A stretch of 63,121 nucleotides of DNA, the filler included, from Choristocarpus tenellus KU-1152 (lineage: Eukaryota; Protista; Phaeophyceae), in the NCBI GenBank assembly GCA_964200185.2. It is 12 parts of 12 records of this genome, joined end to end, with 100 filler letters (N's around TTAATTAATTAA, not from the genome) between each part and the next. Parts side by side here need not be neighbours in the genome. Positions count along the whole stretch, not along the records: positions 26,095 to 31,192 come from CAXNAD020011884.1; positions 31,293 to 37,990 come from CAXNAD020007539.1; positions 38,091 to 40,611 come from CAXNAD020027111.1; 9 more parts are not named here. One strand, written 5' to 3'. A model generated the notes under the pieces. The model was not told where the DNA came from and searched no databases. It saw only the letters and a list, made by a program, of their open reading frames with translations. The translations under genes and the position numbers were made by a program. Below, piece by piece: positions 26,171 through 39,336 of this stretch. The first letter of the stretch is position 1; every line of letters begins with the position of its first letter.

Positions 26171-27000
26171 AGATGATGAGCAAACATGTAAGTATAAACT
26201 TCTAACTATACGGAGGGGAAGATGATTAATGGTGTACAATAGCATGCATGAAAATAGATCCTACCCAGCATTTTATAAACGCAAGAGAGATATTTTTGCT
26301 AGTCCACTAGAGTGCAATGGGTATCATACACAGCAGCAGCAAAAAGTAGAAATAGCACATCAGTAGTAGCGAGTATAGTCCTTGGTGTGGTTATCCAAGG
26401 TTAGATTTACTCCACTATAACGAAGAAAATGCTGCACCGCCATTGAACAATCAGCGTAAAGTCAGGAACAAACATACCACAGCTCTGACGGAGTATGTCG
26501 CATAATAAATTGAAGCAAGGGAAGCCTGGCATGAGGAAACATGAACATACGTAGATACCAGCATGCAAGCTAACATCCGATGCAATCAGCTAGCAGAATT
26601 CAGGCTGCCAACATGATGAAGTCTACTAGCACTAAAGAAATTACCCACCACACAGTGCCTGGTGTAATGTGTGTTCTGAATAATATTCGTGTAAGTTGGA
26701 GGGTCACCTAGATGGGCAACAGTTGAAAATTGATGTAAAGACAGTCAATACACAAAGTAACATGAAAAGTATGTATTATAAGGAGAGTAAGGCAGAATCA
26801 AGATAGATTGGTCCTATTATCTCTGTGGGAACACAAAAACAGTCCTAGGCGTGCTTGGGCCAAGGATCATGGTACAGAGGGATTAATCCAATGTAAATTG
26901 ACAACGGACCAACAGGAAATCTCCAATCTATATATGTGGGCCACCTAGCAAGACCTAGCAAACGCTAAACAAAATCTCATTCCTATAGAACCCACTAGAT

Positions 27001-28284
27001 TCACCAGTCCAGTCTCGCATCACGAAGGTTGACGACTTGGTTTGCTAGCCGTGCCTGCTCAGCAGCAAAGACCATGAGGTGCGATTCTAAAGTCTCATCA
27101 GGACCAGAAAGTAAAACACTGCGGTCGTTGGACGCAATGGCCTTGACAAACGAATACATCAATGCATCATCACCGCCACCATGTCCCCCAAGAATGCTTC
27201 CTGCTGAAGATTCTGTGTCGATCACTTCGGTCTTGTCCGTCAAGAAATCCGTCACCCAAAGCTTGCATCCATCACCACGGAGCTCACCACGAGTGCCAAA
27301 GATGGAGGTCCGGCGATGGCCTGAACTGCCTCCTTCAGTGAAGGCTGTCATTGTCAAGGAGGCAGTGCGCCCACCAGCAAAAGCCATGCTGACCACTTGG
27401 TTATCAACCACATCATTGTCGCATTCAAAAACACAACGCCCATAGGGCCCCGTGGACAAGGCCTCCATCACACCCTCCTCCGTCGTGTTGAAGGTGATTA
27501 CATCAACAGGCCACCCTGTGTACCCTTGCTTGATGGCGTTAATATATTGCTTCTTTGCCGAGTAAGGACATTCTGACTCATAAGCACAGTCAGTGCAGCG
27601 CATTGCATCACCCGCCTTAGCTGGCTTTTCCGCCTTTCGAAAGTGCTTGAGTCCACCAAAGGATGAGACACGCTCACATTTCTGCCCCATGATATAGCGT
27701 ATCCAATCTATGTCATGACAGCACTTAGCCATCAGCATAAAGGTTGCTTCAGACTCCTTGCGCCAATTGCCACGCACGAACGAATGCGCCTGGTGCCAAT
27801 AACCAACAGGTTCGAGCCGCTGGATTGAAACAACATCTCCAATCCGCCCACTGTCCAGTATCTGTTTGATCGTTTGTGTGTAACGTGTGTAGAGGAGGAC
27901 ATGGGCGATAGCTAGCATGACGCCACTAGATTTGACTGAATCCACAATGCGCTGACATTCAGCTGCGGTTGGGGCCATTGGCTTTTCCAACAGGAGATGA
28001 TACCCCTTCTCGGCAAGTGCTACGACAGGGTCGGTGTGCATCCCATCCTGAGTCGCGATTACGGCAGCATCGGCCATGCGTGGGACGCTCGCCACATCTC
28101 GCCAATCGTTGAATGTGTTTTCAGGAGTTATGCCATGCTCCTTGACAAGTCGATTACGAGCCTCCTCCCGAGGTTCAGCCACACCGACAACTTTGGCATC
28201 TTCTCGATGGGCGAGCGCATAGGAAGCATAGATCGTCCCACGACTTCCTGCACCAATGACGATGTAAGTGATCGGACCAGCCAT
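27001..28284 (-). CDS. Gfo/Idh/MocA-family NAD(P)-dependent oxidoreductase, intronless, ~427 aa
   Basis: Rossmann motif VIGAGSRG, ATQDGMH, LLEKP, EPVGYWHQAHSFVRGNW, AKCCHDIDW, CDNDVVD, GHGGGD. Likely start is MAGPITY at 28284; the ORF is open to 28347. Confidence 0.93.
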   Translation of the reverse strand: MAGPITYIVIGAGSRGTIYASYALAHREDAKVVGVAEPREEARNRLVKEHGITPENTFNDWRDVASVPRMADAAVIATQDGMHTDPVVALAEKGYHLLLEKPMAPTAAECQRIVDSVKSSGVMLAIAHVLLYTRYTQTIKQILDSGRIGDVVSIQRLEPVGYWHQAHSFVRGNWRKESEATFMLMAKCCHDIDWIRYIMGQKCERVSSFGGLKHFRKAEKPAKAGDAMRCTDCAYESECPYSAKKQYINAIKQGYTGWPVDVITFNTTEEGVMEALSTGPYGRCVFECDNDVVDNQVVSMAFAGGRTASLTMTAFTEGGSSGHRRTSIFGTRGELRGDGCKLWVTDFLTDKTEVIDTESSAGSILGGHGGGDDALMYSFVKAIASNDRSVLLSGPDETLESHLMVFAAEQARLANQVVNLRDARLDW

Positions 28285-29717
28285 GAAGGAGCGGGTGAAG
28301 CTCTTCTCCTGAAAATGAGGGACCAAGGCAAAACAACTCAGACACACCGTTTGCTTACATTGTAGAGTCCTATCTGTTATTTTTCCGCATCACTCACCAC
28401 AACAAAACTGGTCGTCGGGTTTTCATGTCATCATGGTCTTCTTCTACCAATAAAATATTACACACGTTTATTCCGCTAATATGTTTTCTATTTCAACGTA
28501 CGTACACAATAGTTGATCGTATTAATAGTAGAGTGTCATACCAAAGCGACAATAGTTCTTGGAAACTTGATCCTATTGCAATCATTAATTCCGTTTGATG
28601 ACGTTAAGTCTAATGAGATGGGATATTTATTATATGAAGAAATCTGAGGTTTGTGTGGGTGAGAATTATTGGGGGTTGTAGAGAAGGAAACCACCTGACG
28701 TCGTGACAGGAAAAGAAAAGATGGGGGGGAATGGAAGAGAGAGAGGGAGAGGAGGCTAAAGATCGAACACCTAGAACTTGTAATAATGGGAAGTTTGTAA
28801 GAAATGATTAGGACTGGGGGAGGAGAGGGGTTAAGGATGAGTAAGTAGACCAGTTGTAGATTGTACCGTTCCTGTCACTGACGTCGTTATTCCTTGATAT
28901 CCGTGATGAATTCAAAAGATCACAGTTCATTATAGGGTCGTACTTACGCCAATAATCCGGAAAAGTCATGATTTGAGGACCTAAGGTGATATTTCAGTGG
29001 TAACTAGGAATAGATAAACTTGTGCGGAGTCCTGATCGAGCGATTGGTACTAGTTTGTGCCGCTCCAATTCCAAGCAAACGTGGATATTCACTGGCATAC
29101 GTGATGAAACTGATAGTTGAGGCCAATTGTAGGTGGTAGCTGGCTAAATTGCCCTTGAAATTCATAATTGGGGGAATGCCCCTACTTCGGTCAGTCATAG
29201 ATCATGTTGTTCCTGAGGCCAACGCTGTTATACCCAGGGCATTTATGATGAGGTTGAAAAGTGAGGGTTCATCATAGGGTGATACTTGGTATGACATTTG
29301 GTGGAAGAGTCGTGACTGGAGGACCTAGGGAAATAATAGGGTTGACAACTACACATAGATACACTTGTTCAGCATCCTGCCTAAGCGATCAATTGTAGTT
29401 CTTGTTCCACTTTGATTGCTAACTGTAACATTCCTTGGTATCTGCGATGCAATTAACAGATTAGATCCTATTTTTAGAATGGTAGCTGTTTTGATAACCA
29501 CGAAAGTCATAATTGGGGATGTGATGTAGATGGGATCAGATGTAGAATTTGTCGTTCTTGCAACAAGAATTTACCAGCCATGGGCAACAACAGTGATGGA
29601 ACCGACAGAGTAGGGCACATCATAGGGTAATAACTAGCTGGATAACCCGTAGAAACCATCACTGGCGAGACTCAGTGGGATAATAGGGTAGGTACACGGC
29701 GATACATATATACCTAA

Positions 29718-29880
29718 GACCCAAAGTATCTGGGAGGGGGGGGGGTCTACACCAGAGCGTCGATTTAGACCAAAACCAGGAAAAGTGCACTTTCATTATC
29801 CATCCAACGTATGGAACCAAATCACACAAAAACCGCGACATGAAAAAATTGGCCCCAAAAGGACAGCCCCCCCCCATATC
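29718..29880 (+). mobile_element. MITE family B copy with a degraded right TIR, just downstream of a kinase exon (probably intronic)
   Basis: GACCCAAAGTATCTGGG..CTACACCAGAG..GACCAAAACCAGGAAAAGTGCACTT is homologous to 52971-53151. Confidence 0.85.
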
Positions 29881-29943
29881 TCCCCTCACAACAATGGCAG
29901 GTGACGCAAAGGAAGCAACTTTACTACAACCAAAGTAGCTGAC

Positions 29944-30610
29944 CTGCACAGGCTGCATGCCCCCGTACGGAATCGCTCGTGTGTAAATCTCCCACAAGAT
30001 AATGCCGTAGCTGAACACATCTGCCTTCTCAGTGTAGTGCTGACTGTTGATCACCTGTAGTACCCAGTGACAAATAGTAGGAGACGAGATATGTACGTCG
30101 AAATCAACATAATGGCTTGTTTACAGATAGGCACTGGCTCTACGTAGTTAGGGTTAGGAGTTGGTTTTGTCCTACATACACATCGAAAAAAATGATCTGC
30201 TAAAAGGTGAATTACAGTTCTTACTTTCAACAAGCCAAGAGGTCTTCACATGCAACGATGTCTTTACTACACCCCACCCCCTTTCTTCCTGCCAAATCCC
30301 CAAAAAACAAAAGTTCACAGTAGTTCAACACAAAGTAATGCACGTCTTGGACATATCACAGCACACTCTCCGACACCAACCAAGCATTGGGGAGTATTAC
30401 CCGTGCCCAAAGCATACAATGCAAATTACACATGAAACATGGACGTTCTACAAACACCACATCCAGTAACACAGTTCCAGAAAAGGCTCCAAGAGAGGAA
30501 CAAGGTACGCCACACACCTCAGGCGCCATCCAATGATATGTGCCTGCCTGCCCTGTCATCTTCTCTGACTCAGAGGTGGCCTTGAACCTTGACAGTCCAA
30601 AATCTGTCAC
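29944..30610 (-). CDS. TKL (Raf/MLK-like) protein kinase, two exons covering subdomains VII-IX
   Basis: Exon 30518-30610 (VTDFGLSRFK..GTYHWMAPE) and exon 29944-30054 (VINSQHYTEKADVFSYGIILWEIYTRAIPYGGMQPVQ), both with phase-0 GT-AG boundaries. Confidence 0.92.
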
Positions 30611-31292
30611 CTGTTTTGCAGATCGTTCACAGGGGGAAGAGGGGAGGCAAAATATGTGACCATTAGAGAGAGACCCTCAAAAGACCACAAGTGGAAAAAA
30701 AATGACTTGAGCTTGAGGTGCATCATGGAGTCCTACAACCAACTTCCCACAGAATTATTCTAACCAACAACCAAAACACCACACGAACCCAACAATGCTC
30801 AAATTCTAGAACCATGGATGGCGATGGTTCAATCTATTCAGTTTCAACAATCCAAGAATAACTGAGGATCACCAAATTTAAACTGCTTTCAATCAGTCGA
30901 TTACTTCTTCCCACACATACACATACTCCACAACCTGCCTCGAGTGCACTCTGTGCTCACACCTCATTATTCTCACACCTCATTATTCTCAAATTTCATT
31001 ATTCAAATGAGTTCTACTGTGTTATTCAAAAACGTTCCGGCCAATTGAAAGTCTTCCTGCAAAATCCATTCAAAATCCGTAATACTGTCAAACATCCCTC
31101 CACCGAATAATGCATCCTTCATTGCAAACAAAAAAGAGTGGAGGGCATGGGGGAGGGCATGGGGGAGGGCAGCGGGGAGGGGAGTGAGGCAANNNNNNNN
31201 NNNNNNNNNNNNNNNNNNNNNNNNNNNNNNNNNNNNTTAATTAATTAANNNNNNNNNNNNNNNNNNNNNNNNNNNNNNNNNNNNNNNNNNNN

Positions 31293-31332
31293 CAAATGGA
31301 CAGCCGCCACCCCCTCCCAGATACTTTGAGCC
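31293..31332 (+). mobile_element. MITE family B right end at contig start
   Basis: CAAATGGACAGCCGCCAC..CAGATACTTTGAGCC matches 53110-53151. Confidence 0.85.
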
Positions 31333-31851
31333 CTTCCTTATGTAGTGTAAAGAATCCACCAAACCCACAGGATATGATCAGTTGACTTTGTTACATGCTT
31401 TTAGATAGTACTGATGGTGTCCTTCACTAGATTGCCCTGATATTGAAGTATCACCTTTTCACCTAGAAAGAGATGTAGGTCACCAGGTTGATAGCAATAG
31501 AAGATAATCTTGGAAATTTGTGCTTACAGTGAACATTGCACATTTTTTTCGGAGTGCCAATGACTTAATGAAGTCAAAAGAGAAGAGCATTCACTAGAGG
31601 CGTCTCAATTCAACACTCTAAGTCATGACTCATTAGGTATCCCTATGGCCACAAAGAAGCTGCACCGTGAGAGGAATCTGTAGCACCACCAGCACCATCT
31701 CAGCTAGTTTGCACGATGATGGTGAACATTTGAGTTTGCTGTTGCTGTGCTTGCATTGAAGTGCTCAGTAATTAACAGGTACAAATTGCTTGTATGTACT
31801 CATTGTTGCTAATGGAGCTGGCAACCTGCTCCTCTCCCCTACCCCTAATAG

Positions 31852-34800
31852 ATGGAGTATTCTCACTGAATCGACAGCATTGGAAGTGTCAGAGACCGAC
31901 CAGAACACCTTTCGAAACCTCAACACCTGGCAACAGCATCGCTGCCTAGAGTTTCAACCTGGGGCCCCTAGACCTCATTCATTGGCAATGAAAGAGGGTG
32001 CCAGTGGTGAAACCTCTATCGAAGATCTTGAGCAGGAACAAGAATCCCTCTGGAGAGCTGTTTCCAACAATGACAAGGAGATGAAGGATTCTGAGACGAG
32101 TCGGGTAATATTTCAGTGGGCAGAGGAGGAGAAACGGCAGGAGAGACAAGCGTCAAAAGAGCAGAGGGCATCAGCACTGCGGCAGCGGCGAAGGGAGTCA
32201 TTGATATGGCTTACAGAGACTGGGGCAATATTTCGTTGGAGTGCCTTCTGGATGAGAGAGGGAGAGAGGGCGAGACTTTCTATTGCTGCAGTACACATGA
32301 GTGCTGCAAGGTGAGCAAATACAAGAGCTGCAGAGTTGTTTGGGCTGGGATGAATTGGACCTAAAGTATGGAGTTGAGCTATTGATCCCAATATTGGGTT
32401 GGAGAAAGCATGCTGCCCTAGATTGTTGATTGTGCAACCTGATTCCTGACTATTTCGGGATTCGAATGGCTACAAAAAAAATGTCAGCACACCAGTAGTT
32501 TAATTGCCTATTGAAAATTTGGTATGGGCGGAAAGATACTACATGATATTTTCCCCCCCAAAATGTTATTATTAATTGGTATAGCAAGGTCAAGTCCAAT
32601 TATTACTTGTTGTGGAAAGGCAGACAGCATAACAAGAAAAAGTTGACATAACATGCATCTGATGCATCAGTGAATTACTCCGGAGTAGTAGATTCTCGGT
32701 ATAACACCAATTGACAGGCAACTTCCCCATTGCACCATAACTTTAGTGCTCTTTCAGGACCAAAAATACTTGACAACAAACAGAGTTCTTTGTCTAGAGT
32801 GCCTCTTCAATTGACTAACAACTACAATGTGTACAATTCACAACATACATTTTTGTGAGGACTAGAAGCAGAAATATTAGGTATATGAACTGATTGAAAG
32901 GACATAGATCTGGTGAGAGGAACCGCTTACATCGTTAACCAAAGTTTTACAAGCCCATAGTAGTTTAAACACGCTCAACATCCTCTATTCTTGGCTGTTG
33001 AACTTTATGAAGGTGGACGGAGAGGCAGAAAGTCATGGTCAAATCCTTCTGGACTGGGCAGAGAGAGAAGCTATCCCTCCTTCTCAGAAAAGTCAGAGCA
33101 ACATATACATCAGAGGAAGTTGAGGAGCTGCGGCAGATGGATTGCCAAGGGACTGGCAACATTGACATTGAAGGTATAGAAAACGAAGGGCAGAAAAAAT
33201 ATGATGACAAATATTGTCGAGGACAGGCAAACCATCCTGGTAATCTTCAGATGGAGACGAGTGTTGGATTCAAGGTCGATGCCCTAGCACTATGTGATGA
33301 TATTCCGGATGAGACAGTGTCAGCTGCGGGAGAACTAGTACCAACAGATGATGAGAAGTTTCAGTTTAATATAGGCCACACTAGAGAAGGAGTGCAAACT
33401 GATAGGGCAGGTATCAGTATGACAGATGTCAATGAAGGAGGTGAGGACAGAGAGAGTTGCAGGATGTTGGATGTTGACCATGGCACGGAAAAGAATGCGC
33501 AACAGAGTGATGCTGTGTGTGATGGGGATGCCTCAACGTCGTTGGTAGATGAACGATATCCTGCAGGACTTTCGGGTGGTTCACCCCTTAGTGCTGATAT
33601 CATACAAAACTCTGGAACTGAGGGAGGGTTGCTCCAGTGCAGTGAAGTAGGCGGGACAAGCCAAGACAGCAGCATTGTTCCTTTCAATGAAAAGACGACC
33701 CTACCTGCTGCTGGTTGCGCTTCCAGTTCTCAGGGGAGCACTAACACCCAGGAAGACTTAAACGACAACAACAATGGTGGTATAGTAAGTAACAATAAGA
33801 CCAAACATTTAGAAAAGCTAGATGGCAGCAGTGAAGATGAAGAGTGCGACAGCAAGGGAAAGGAAGCAATATGCTGTTCCGACAAGAGGACAAGAGAAGG
33901 AATGGACAAAGGTATTGGTATCCCCACGGGAACCTCTTACCATCGCTCTGAGTTTGTTTCTATCCTTGATGTGAGCAGGCTTGCAAAAGTTGGTGAGGTT
34001 GACAAAGGACTGCTGGCCCACATATCTACCCTCCGCCGCCCACAATCTAAAGAAGTGCCGACCAGTGGGTTGAGTGGGGAAGGACTGGGATTGATTCGGA
34101 GATCAGGACAGGAAATTGAGTGGATTAATGCCTTACAAGCATTCACTGTAGGCAAAGATGAGGTAGACCCCGCAGAGCTTGGGTCTGCACTGCGTCATAT
34201 CCCTGGGGCAATTGCCATTTTGTGCCTATTAGGCGAGTCTGAGAAACCTCTTGGTGAGATCGGAGCAGCAGGGCAGGCGAAAGTGGGTGTAGGGCAAGGA
34301 AGAGGCATGGTGAGGGTCGAAAACCTGTGCTTGGCCGCAGAAGCCCTTGTGCAGACACGTGCACTAATGAGAGAGATCTTAATTAACACAGAGCAGGTGG
34401 ATATGGCATGCACCAAAGATGTAATCAGGGGGGATTTATGCAACTCTTTGTCCGCTGTGGCAAATTTAGATGCTGAGATCATGACAGACATATTTGCAGA
34501 TGAACTATCAGAAGAATTAGAGCAGATATTCAGTAGGGAGCAACATGAGGAGGGAAAAGAGCAATTGGATGGGGGCGATGGGGAAGTTCTACCAGCAGCA
34601 CGCTCATCAGTTCTGGTGAGAGCTTCCCTAGAGAAACATGCTGCACTTCTCCCTCCACGAACCCTTTGCGCCCTTACTGCCCTTCTTGCTGCTAGGGCAG
34701 AAGACCAGATACGTGTTGGTAGCAAGGGAGTCGACATTGAACATCCCATAAACTCGGAGTCCTGGAAAACAGCAATCTTTGAGTCACTTAAGTCGATCTA

Positions 34801-37324
34801 TAGTGCATCCCTAGAACATGCGATCATGTGGGCTATGACATGTGATCGGAGAGTGGTGGAGGAAGCATGCATTTCACACATGGCAACATATGTCGAGACA
34901 ACAGCAAGGGTTGAGATAGGTGCAGAGGGGGAGAACGAAGAACATTCTAGAGAGCATCAGGTACGGGACAAAATGGAAATAGTGGGGAACGATGGGACTG
35001 CAGACCTCAGATGTGGGTATCAACCGGTGAGGAAATTTGGACTTTTGGGTTTGGCGACCTCACTCTGTCGCATATGTGGTCTTGGGCTGTCTCCCATGTG
35101 GATCCTTGCGGCAGCCCTGCCCAACAATGATGCACTCCCATCGTCCATGGGACCTAAGGGAGGCTGTGTAGATAAGAACCTAGAGAGGGAATTTGCACAT
35201 GATTTCTGGGGCGATGAAGAGGGATATTGGGGTGGGGGAGGAGGTGTCGCCAAGGTCAGGTTTGGGAAAATGGATGCTCTTCGAGCAGTGAGGTGTCTCC
35301 TGAATCTCCTTTCTCCCCAGAACATTTCCAATGTGGCATGTGCTATTGCAAATGAACCACTGTCATCACCGCCTGATGACATTGCAGAAGGAGGCAGTGT
35401 TGAAAGAACAAGTGTTAGAGGCAGCATACATTCCTCCTTTAAAGAGCACCTCTCACAAATACCCAGGAATGCAGCCATTGGAGACCTTTCTTCTCTTGAT
35501 GCAAGCACACTGAAGGAGAGCATTGAAGGGTTACTGGTGAATCTTGATGCGGGAAAAACGGGATCCCTTCCATTGCCAGGGTTGGTGGTTGCAATGTGTG
35601 GGGCACAGGCTGGGTTCCAGTTGACAACAGCTCAGGCGATGGTGATCGTGACCTATGGTGGTGAGCGGGAGTAGTGTCCGTCTACTCTGGTATTTTATCC
35701 ATTTGTGTATTGACTGCTCAAACTAGCATTGGTTGAATTTCTAGTAGTGAGCCTAACAATATACTGAAAGGTCACAATGTCAGGTTTCTTGGTCACTCTA
35801 TGTCATCCTTTCCTCTCAACAATTTTCTGTCGCCATTCTAGGGTGTACCCGACCTCGTACACCAGCTCCATATTCTGGGGACTCGGATTCCTGCTACAGC
35901 TACCTTGGCTTCCCCCCAGACACTCCCGTCCTCCCCTATGGGTGTTTGATTGAGCGGATGCCTGCTTTGCTTAGGCTCCTCCAGTTATCACATCGATTTC
36001 GCACAGCGGCAGGCAAAAAAGTCCCTGTAGAACATCTGAGCAGTGCTCAGTTTGCTCTTGCACAGGAGGGACGAAGGAGGTGGGAAAGAGAGCAAGGTCC
36101 AATCAAATTTGGTGCTGCGCTCGAGTCAGCGGGCCTGAGAATGAGTGAGTCCCGTCAGGTGTGACTGGGGAATGGGGGAGTGCCTATATGATGACTTGTC
36201 AGTGGAAAATATGTGCATCTGAACGAAGTTGTAAATTGTACAATATGTATGGAATTAGGAGCGCCAGGTTGCTCATGAAACAAGATGATACGAACAAATT
36301 ATGGACCTAGTTTTTGGCTACTATTTGAGGTGTCATACATGTCAGTACGCAACTTTGAGCAAATTACAGTGCGCGTTAGCACTAGGTAGGTCAAGTATGT
36401 ATCCTATACCAGGACTTGAGTGCTTGCACCTGCTACTTCCTACAATACAGACACCAACCACTTGATCGATGCAAAGCTACTCCGGAGTATATGTGCAAGC
36501 ATGAGGGCTAGTCTATTTATCTCGGCTGTCATTTTCCAGGATGGTGTGGACTGAAGGCGGATTAGTGATATCTGAGTTTGGTGCAAGCAAACAAGTGCTG
36601 TCTCAAGGAGATTTTAGATAGAAAAACATATTATTTCTTCAACACCATCTCATAACATTCCCACTACTACCAAGAATGGCGACGATAGAACCTCCACCCT
36701 TCTTCCCATGGCTTATTCGCCCTACATCCCCACGCTACAACCTCTACTTCTCCTCCAGTGTACACACGTCTTTCTTGCCGATCGTGCTTGTTGGAATCCT
36801 CAACTCTCGTTACTGCAAATGAGGAGCGTGCTCAGGCCTCTGCCAGGTCTGCTACCAAAGCCATTGCTCGTGCTCATGGTAATAGAATGAGAGATGGTGT
36901 CTGGAAAGAGTTCGTATCCATGCAAATGGCCCGGGCAGCTACAATGCAGGCAGTGCAGGAGATGACCATTGCTGAAAGCAAGATTGGGGGTGGAGGTGGG
37001 GGTGAGGATATTGGGGGGGGGGCTCTGGTAGGAGGGACAGCGAAGCAGGGGGTGCAAAGTGGAAAGAGGGGAGGAAAGGCGGGTGATGGGACAGGCTATT
37101 GGTGGAAGGCATGGCAGGTGATGAAAAGAGGCAGGGCTGGACTTCTCATACTAACAGCGGAGCATGGGAAGGAGATATTGGACAGGGAGGACACTGTAGT
37201 GAAAGACGAGATGAGGAGGTATGTTACAGCGTTTGGTTGGAAAGATTTGGATCATGGAGAGAAGGTGATTTTCCTGAGAATACAGAGGAGATTGCAGCAG
37301 ATACGCTCAAACTGTGCAAGATGA
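31852..37324 (+). CDS. Large multi-exon protein of unknown function (partial)
   Basis: Exons 31852-32310, 33013-35660 and 35842-36158 join in frame at GT-AG sites. A probable terminal exon lies within 36758-37324, but its junction is unresolved. No recognised domain. Confidence 0.75.
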
Positions 37325-38339
37325 GGAAAATCGTAGGAGTTTGGGAGAAAGAGTTTAAGAGTTCCAAAACTTCGGTCTGAGCTGCAGCAAGGGCAACAAT
37401 ATTCCGGACTGGAATTTTCAAAAGTAACCTACGTCATGTTGTACTAGGTGCATCAAAAGATAGGCTCAAGGTCAACTCTACTAGAAGAACGGTTCAGATT
37501 GTCCAAATACACCTGACTTTTTCGTAACTGCTCCACCAGCGAAACAGTCACCAGGACACAAAAGAGTTATTGAAACGGGAATACAGAGGAGTGTCGCGTA
37601 GGTATCCATGGGTGGAAAAAGTGTGACCGACTTGTGTGAAACCCAAAGATTCACCTGGGAAAACCCTTATTTGAAGGATATTAAAGGGGATATAAGCGTT
37701 CATTCAATTGACCTTTTTATTTTATTTTGTTTGCTACTGAAACCGAAACCAGAGTGTGAAATATTAAATTACCTTGAAACCGTTTCACCAGTGAAACTGC
37801 CATCAGGATAATATTGATGATATAGGCCTCAATATCGGGAAGGGGATAATACTGTACTTTCCAAGCTTATTTCAGTACCACAAAAAATTCGGGTCTGAGG
37901 TACAGCATCAATTGTCGATCTTGTTGATCTTGTTCCTATCACGAGATACATCGTATGTTTGGGAGGTATCACTGTGGGGGGGGGGGTAGGNNNNNNNNNN
38001 NNNNNNNNNNNNNNNNNNNNNNNNNNNNNNNNNNTTAATTAATTAANNNNNNNNNNNNNNNNNNNNNNNNNNNNNNNNNNNNNNNNNNNNTGTATTAAGC
38101 CTAGCGATCAGCACAGACAGCTGTAAACACTACACATAAGGTACATATTTTATGCAGTTTATGTAGAATAGAAATGTAACAGAGGGAGATAGTACTGGAA
38201 TGATAGTTTTATTCCTCACTTTTACACACTCTTAGCAATGGAAAGCTTGGGGAATCTTCGCACACAGGCAGAGCAACTTCTTGACGTTGATGTAAACAAG
38301 GAAACCTACTCACATCTCAGAAAACCCCTTTAAAAAGTA

Positions 38340-39075
38340 ATAGTTTTCGTAAGTAGTGTGAAATATATTATATTCGCTATTTTTCTACCAGGTATGCTGC
38401 ACCACTCACTGCCTTCCTGTGCCTCCAACCTAGCTTAGTCCTGTACCCCAGTGCGAGGAACTAGGGAAGCATCCCAATAATCTAACAACCCCCTCCTTGC
38501 TCATCTCCCTGGTGTCTCCAGCTTAAAACAAATGACACGTCTAGATAGGGCTACTTCCGTTGTGACAGACCATAATATTGTACAATCAAACGGACTATAG
38601 TGCTACTATTATTCTAGTGTTGTATGAGAGAGTAGTGAAGAAGAATATTTTTTGTCGTTTCTGTAGTGATAAATTGGTGGGGAGAACTTCCCTGAATTTT
38701 GTTCTACATCTCACAACACACATACACTCAAAAAGACTTCACTACTATAAATTGAAGTACTACAATTATATATAATACTCCTTACATAAATCCACAAAAG
38801 GTTTGATACGACTTCCAATCTCTCTTCAATTTGTTTATTATTATGCCTCTTAACATTTTCGACATGTGTTGGGAAAAACCAATGAACAGTATTCATATGT
38901 CAGAAAAATCCCTAAAAAAGTAACAGCTGTCAAAAAAGTGAAAAACATCTATTTACTATTTACTACCACGTATCCTCTACCACTGCCTTCATCTGATCCA
39001 ACCTAGGTTAGTCCTGCACCCCTGGGAAAGGAGCTAGGGAAGCACCCCAACAATCTAACAAGCTCCTCCTTGCCC
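38340..39075 (-). mobile_element. Two 3'-end fragments of a CRE-like non-LTR element (~38340-38620 and ~38835-39075)
   Basis: Homologous to 58469-58918 (CTAGGGAAGCATCCCAA..CTCCTTGCCCAT; TTATGCCTCTTAACATTTT). The second fragment has a (TAA)n-like tail on minus. Confidence 0.6.
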
Positions 39076-39336
39076 ATTTCAAACTCTTCAGCTTGCCATT
39101 TAGATCTGTGAGAATGTCATCGTCCATCAAGCCAAATATTCCCACAATGTGATGATATGTTCACCGTACCACAGTTTATATCCCCTGGGAAGTAGTAGAG
39201 TGGATCGGAGAGGGTGGGACAAACCTCAAATAAGTAGTATGGTGGAGATATGGAAGAACGATGTGGAGAAGGCTCGCTTGACAATGAAACGTCTGGACGC
39301 AAGTTCACGCCAGATGGAGTACTGTTTTGCTTGTGG

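Noticed and set aside
27029-35627. Antisense and overlapping ORFs on the oxidoreductase and the large exon
   Set aside because: Shadow frames of real coding sequence, with no independent motifs.
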